Below the pieces are notes generated by a model, which searched no databases, was not told the DNA's origin, and saw nothing but the letters and a program-made list of their open reading frames with translations. Below, piece by piece: positions 61,101-64,000 of a stretch of DNA of 64,000 nt. A program made the position numbers and the translations under genes. This stretch comes from Macrostomum lignano. Taxonomy: Eukaryota. Location: assembly GCA_002269645.1 (NCBI GenBank), contig NIVC01002506.1:102265-166264 (forward strand), given 5' to 3'. Numbering within the stretch: the stretch's first letter is position 1; every line of letters starts with the position of its first letter.

Positions 61101-63777
61101 TTCAGTTGGTTTGTTTATCATTTAATTCAGTAAATCAAGTTTTACTTTGCTGAAAATTGATGTTGTCCCTTTCTCAGAGCGAAAATACGTCTGACCGTAA
61201 TTTGTTTTTCAGCTACTCCGTGGATCGAGTTGGCAAGGACTACGTGAAGCTAGATTTCGACCTGTCCGTGTGCTTCGCTGAAGGAGATTGCGACTTCACA
61301 GTCAAGCTGCTGAAGGACACGGTGGTGCCGCAGCCATTCTGCCATCGGAACTTCACCGGCGCTCTGCCAGGCGGCTCGCTTGGCGACTTCGCCAAACTGC
61401 TCGGCAACGAGGCCTCGGAGGCGGCGCTGCAGACAGCCTTTGAGGCGGTGGTGCGAAGGTTCGGCCTGCAGAAGGCCTTCTTTAATCCTCCAGAGTGCGC
61501 ATTGCCGTCAAACACATTTAATAATGGCTGGGACAGTCGTGAGTCTTCGCTGTGAACTGACATTTACCTCATGACATAGTAAATCATTAAGCTTCTTTAA
61601 TCATAATTAATTACGCCTGCCCCAATGGGCAGATGTGCAACTGACAGCTCAGTCGCAGTCATTGCGCGGCACATCTGAAGGCTGTGCACGGCTGTTCAGT
61701 CCAATGACTGGGGGGTCACACACTCTTAATTACCCCAGCTAATGCTGGCACCCATTTTACAGCTGAGTGAACTGAAGCAATGCATAGTTAAGTGTCTTGC
61801 TCAAGGACACAGATTGTTCCAGTGGGATCGGAAATCGAACCCCCGAGTCGTGAGTCCGACACATTAACCACTATTACCAACAACGCATTATTCCACTGCT
61901 AACTTACACAGTAAGAAGTTAATTTACTTTTAGAAGTCACTACGCTCGTACAAGAGTCAGATGTCTATTGATGCTAAATTCTGTTCAGAATAAATTGAAT
62001 GTCATTTCCAGCTATGGAAAGTTCACTAGAAGCACTTTATCCTCAAACTCGATTCCACAGGTTGCCCCAGGGTGTTCTACCTGCCACGCCTGCCCAGCCA
62101 GGTCCGCTGCCACCTGAACGAGTTCTGCATGGGCGTCACCTGCTGCGCCGAGCTGGACTTTAAAGTGTTTAAACCGACAGCGCTGATGTGGCTGATTCTG
62201 GATCCGTGCGAGTACCGGTTCTCCATTGGTTTCAATAACCTGCACTACAATCAGACTCTGTTCTATTATGAGTGGGGCCAAGTGGAGACTTTCAATATTG
62301 GCTCGCCTCTGCAGATTATGTAAGCTGTTGTATTTGAACAGATAGTGCATGCAAGCTCCACAATCGGGTGACAAACGTTGACGCCTTTGGTGCTGGCGCC
62401 TTTGGTGCTGGCGCCTTTGGTGCTGGCGCCTTTGGTGCTGGCGCCTTTGGTGCTGGCGCCTTTGGTGCTGGCGCCTTTGGTGCTGGCGCCTTTGGTGCTG
62501 GCGCCTTTGGTGCTGGCGCCTTTGGTGCTGGCGCCTTTGGTGCTGGCGCCCCAAACTAAAAGCGCTACCTAAGACCCTGAAAATCAGATGCTGTCTGAAG
62601 TGGATATCTGTGTTGCTATGCTATTTCAACGAAATGTGAAATCAAGGCTACTGAGATTATTCGATAATTAACGGAAATCGCGTCACGAATTTAAATAAGC
62701 TATTTCCTTCAGAAGTAAGTAACCTGGCACATTAACCTTCAATTGCAGCTACTCAATTCGCAAGGACAGTGATCGGCGCTTGTTCCTCGTGACCTGAAGC
62801 TCAGCCTCACCATCGACTCATTCCGCACCGACTTTGTGCTGCTTGAGAACTCCATGGTGCCGCAAGTGGGCTGCAACATGAACGCTTCTATAAGCTTGCC
62901 AGGAGGCGGCCAGGTGAAGGACTTTATCAGGCACCTAGCGGAGACAGGTGTGCAGAAGATCACGGACGAAGCCGTGCAGGCTGTGCTCAGACACCTGGGG
63001 ATTGGAGACCTCATTGACTTTGAGTCGAAATGCGAGAATAGAACTGGATTTTTCAACCGTGAGAACATCACTACGAGCGTACTGATTTTTTATACATGAA
63101 CTCAATAAATTCATGTCAGTATAAACCAAAATTCCAGACTGCCCGCTGTTCAAGACGTCGGCAAACGCGCCATCCAGATTTGTCCCGGCACTTACTGCGA
63201 CCTCTCATCCGACTGCCGCATGCTGAGCTGCTGCGCGGAGCTCAACCTGCTCATCGCTCGGAAGGCCTTCGCCCTGGCCGTTTCTGTTGACCCGTGTGAC
63301 TACAAGCTGCTGGTTCGCTTTGAGAAGATGACGCTGAGCAAGTCTTTGTTCCGATACGACTGGGGCCGTAGAGAGTCCTTCGACCTCGGCAAAGTCATTT
63401 TCGTCAGGTTGGATTTTTTCTTTGTCTCTTCAGAAGCACAATTCGGAGCTGACATAAAAACTGATGTGTCTCTCTGCCCCGCAGTTTCAAGATCGATAGG
63501 GATCCGGTCAAGAAACTCTACTTCGTGGACCTTGAGCTGCAGGTTAAAATCGAGGGTGACACTTCGACACCCGTGGCCTTCCTCAACAACTTCGCCATCC
63601 CGATTCCGATCTGCAATCCCAATGCATCCATCAGCCTGCCAGGCGGCTCCATCGGAGACTTCGTCAAGGAGTTGGGCGGAAGCATCACGGAGAGCGCGAT
63701 CGGAGCTGTGCTGCGGCACCTCCGGCTTGAAGGCATCATCGCCACGCATTCCAACTGCTCGCCGGAGAGCCCAAAGG
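48190..63777 (+). CDS. Giant secreted multidomain protein: signal peptide, vitellogenin/LLTP-like N-terminal domain, M23/LECT2-like domain, tandem Cys-rich repeats; partial, continues beyond the window
   Basis: Exons 48190-48372, 49753-50004, 50104-50229, 50265-? (junction unresolved), 53084-53169, 53268-53457, 53529-53622, 53705-53819, 53917-54094, 54473-54668, 54740-54951, 55030-55163, 55255-55448, 55540-56027, 56123-56336, 56426-56586, 57220-58462, 58547-58780, 58878-59546, 59618-59747, 59846-60445, 61213-61538, 62061-62319, 62749-63058, 63138-63407, 63485-63777. Phases are consistent except for two exons that are each 1 nt short. Confidence 0.8.
48588..49620. repeat. 24-bp intronic tandem repeat
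   Basis: Unit tggccgaagctcggggttggttta in intron 1 of the giant gene. Confidence 0.95.
50330..52805. repeat. Intronic 20+21-bp dimeric (41-bp) tandem repeat
   Basis: gtctcttggtggctgaattt alternating with gtctcttaggtgggtgct(a/c)ct. Confidence 0.95.
57220..58462 (+). CDS. Large exon with an M23-peptidase/LECT2-like Zn-binding domain
   Basis: HxxxD (NHPGVDL, His at 57520) and HxH (NHIHL, 57820-57828), with VVPFKG and V..GDKLG-type elements between them. Confidence 0.75.
60478..61040 (-). mobile_element. tRNA-derived CORE-like SINE (copy 2) with internal insert
   Basis: Minus strand: gtagcctggtagttagagcgtc...ggttcgattc...gtgtccttgagcaagaca...cagttcactcagctgtaaaatgggtacc. Interrupted by 214 bp flanked by a 56-bp direct repeat. 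Confidence 0.8.
61603..61880 (-). mobile_element. tRNA-derived CORE-like SINE (copy 3, most complete)
   Basis: A-box tagtggttaatg, B-box ggttcgatttcc, CORE-like gtgtccttgagcaagacacttaac...cactcagctgtaaaatggg and an AT-rich tail. Confidence 0.85.
62383..62550. repeat. Perfect 15-bp intronic tandem repeat x11
   Basis: tttggtgctggcgcc x11 inside intron 62320-62748. Confidence 0.95.
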
Positions 63778-64000
63778 GTATTAGACTTTTTCAAATACTC
63801 TATTTTGCAGAACCACATGCTTAGACTGAAGTCTAGTTAGTGTAGATTTGTTTTAGGGTAAGAAAAGGCTTGGCCACTGCGCGGCCTTGAGCGCCAATAT
63901 ATATATTTTAGAAATCGATATTTGCGTGGGGTGGAGTTGCGCCTGATAAAAGGAAGCGTGCAAGCTAATTGCTGCAGAGCGACCGGGGCAGGCATTGTAC

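Noticed and set aside
62368-62572. GAFGA/silk-like or RRQHQ repeat protein
   Set aside because: It is a perfect 15-bp repeat inside intron 62320-62748. The flanking exons join without it.

Overview
Eukaryotic (animal) genomic DNA with GC-rich exons, AT-rich spacers, GT-AG introns and TTAGGG tracts. The style fits a flatworm such as Macrostomum, but that is inference only. Three spliced protein genes can be built by hand. (1) A minus-strand ZNFX1-like SF1 helicase with an unusual N-terminal cold-shock domain (6797->1307, continues off the window). (2) A complete 217-aa MOB3 gene (46970->44917). (3) A giant secreted protein (48190->beyond 63777, about 2400 aa in the window): signal peptide, vitellogenin/LLTP-like N-terminus, LECT2/M23-type Zn module, then at least five ~190-200 aa Cys-rich repeats. 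The centre of the window (9915-41170, 31,256 bp) is five non-autonomous Helitron-like elements joined head-to-tail at CTAG|TC. Each carries large satellite arrays (18, 23, 24 or 30 bp monomers). Four carry a tRNA-like B-box cassette just upstream of an array, and two carry (TTAGGG)n. Also present: a 5'-truncated RTE-type LINE interrupted by a palindromic MITE, three tRNA-derived CORE-like SINEs, an LTR remnant with a tRNA-Leu primer-binding site, and many intronic minisatellites. No rRNA, intact tRNA or CRISPR array was found. All family assignments come from motif recognition by eye, not database searches.
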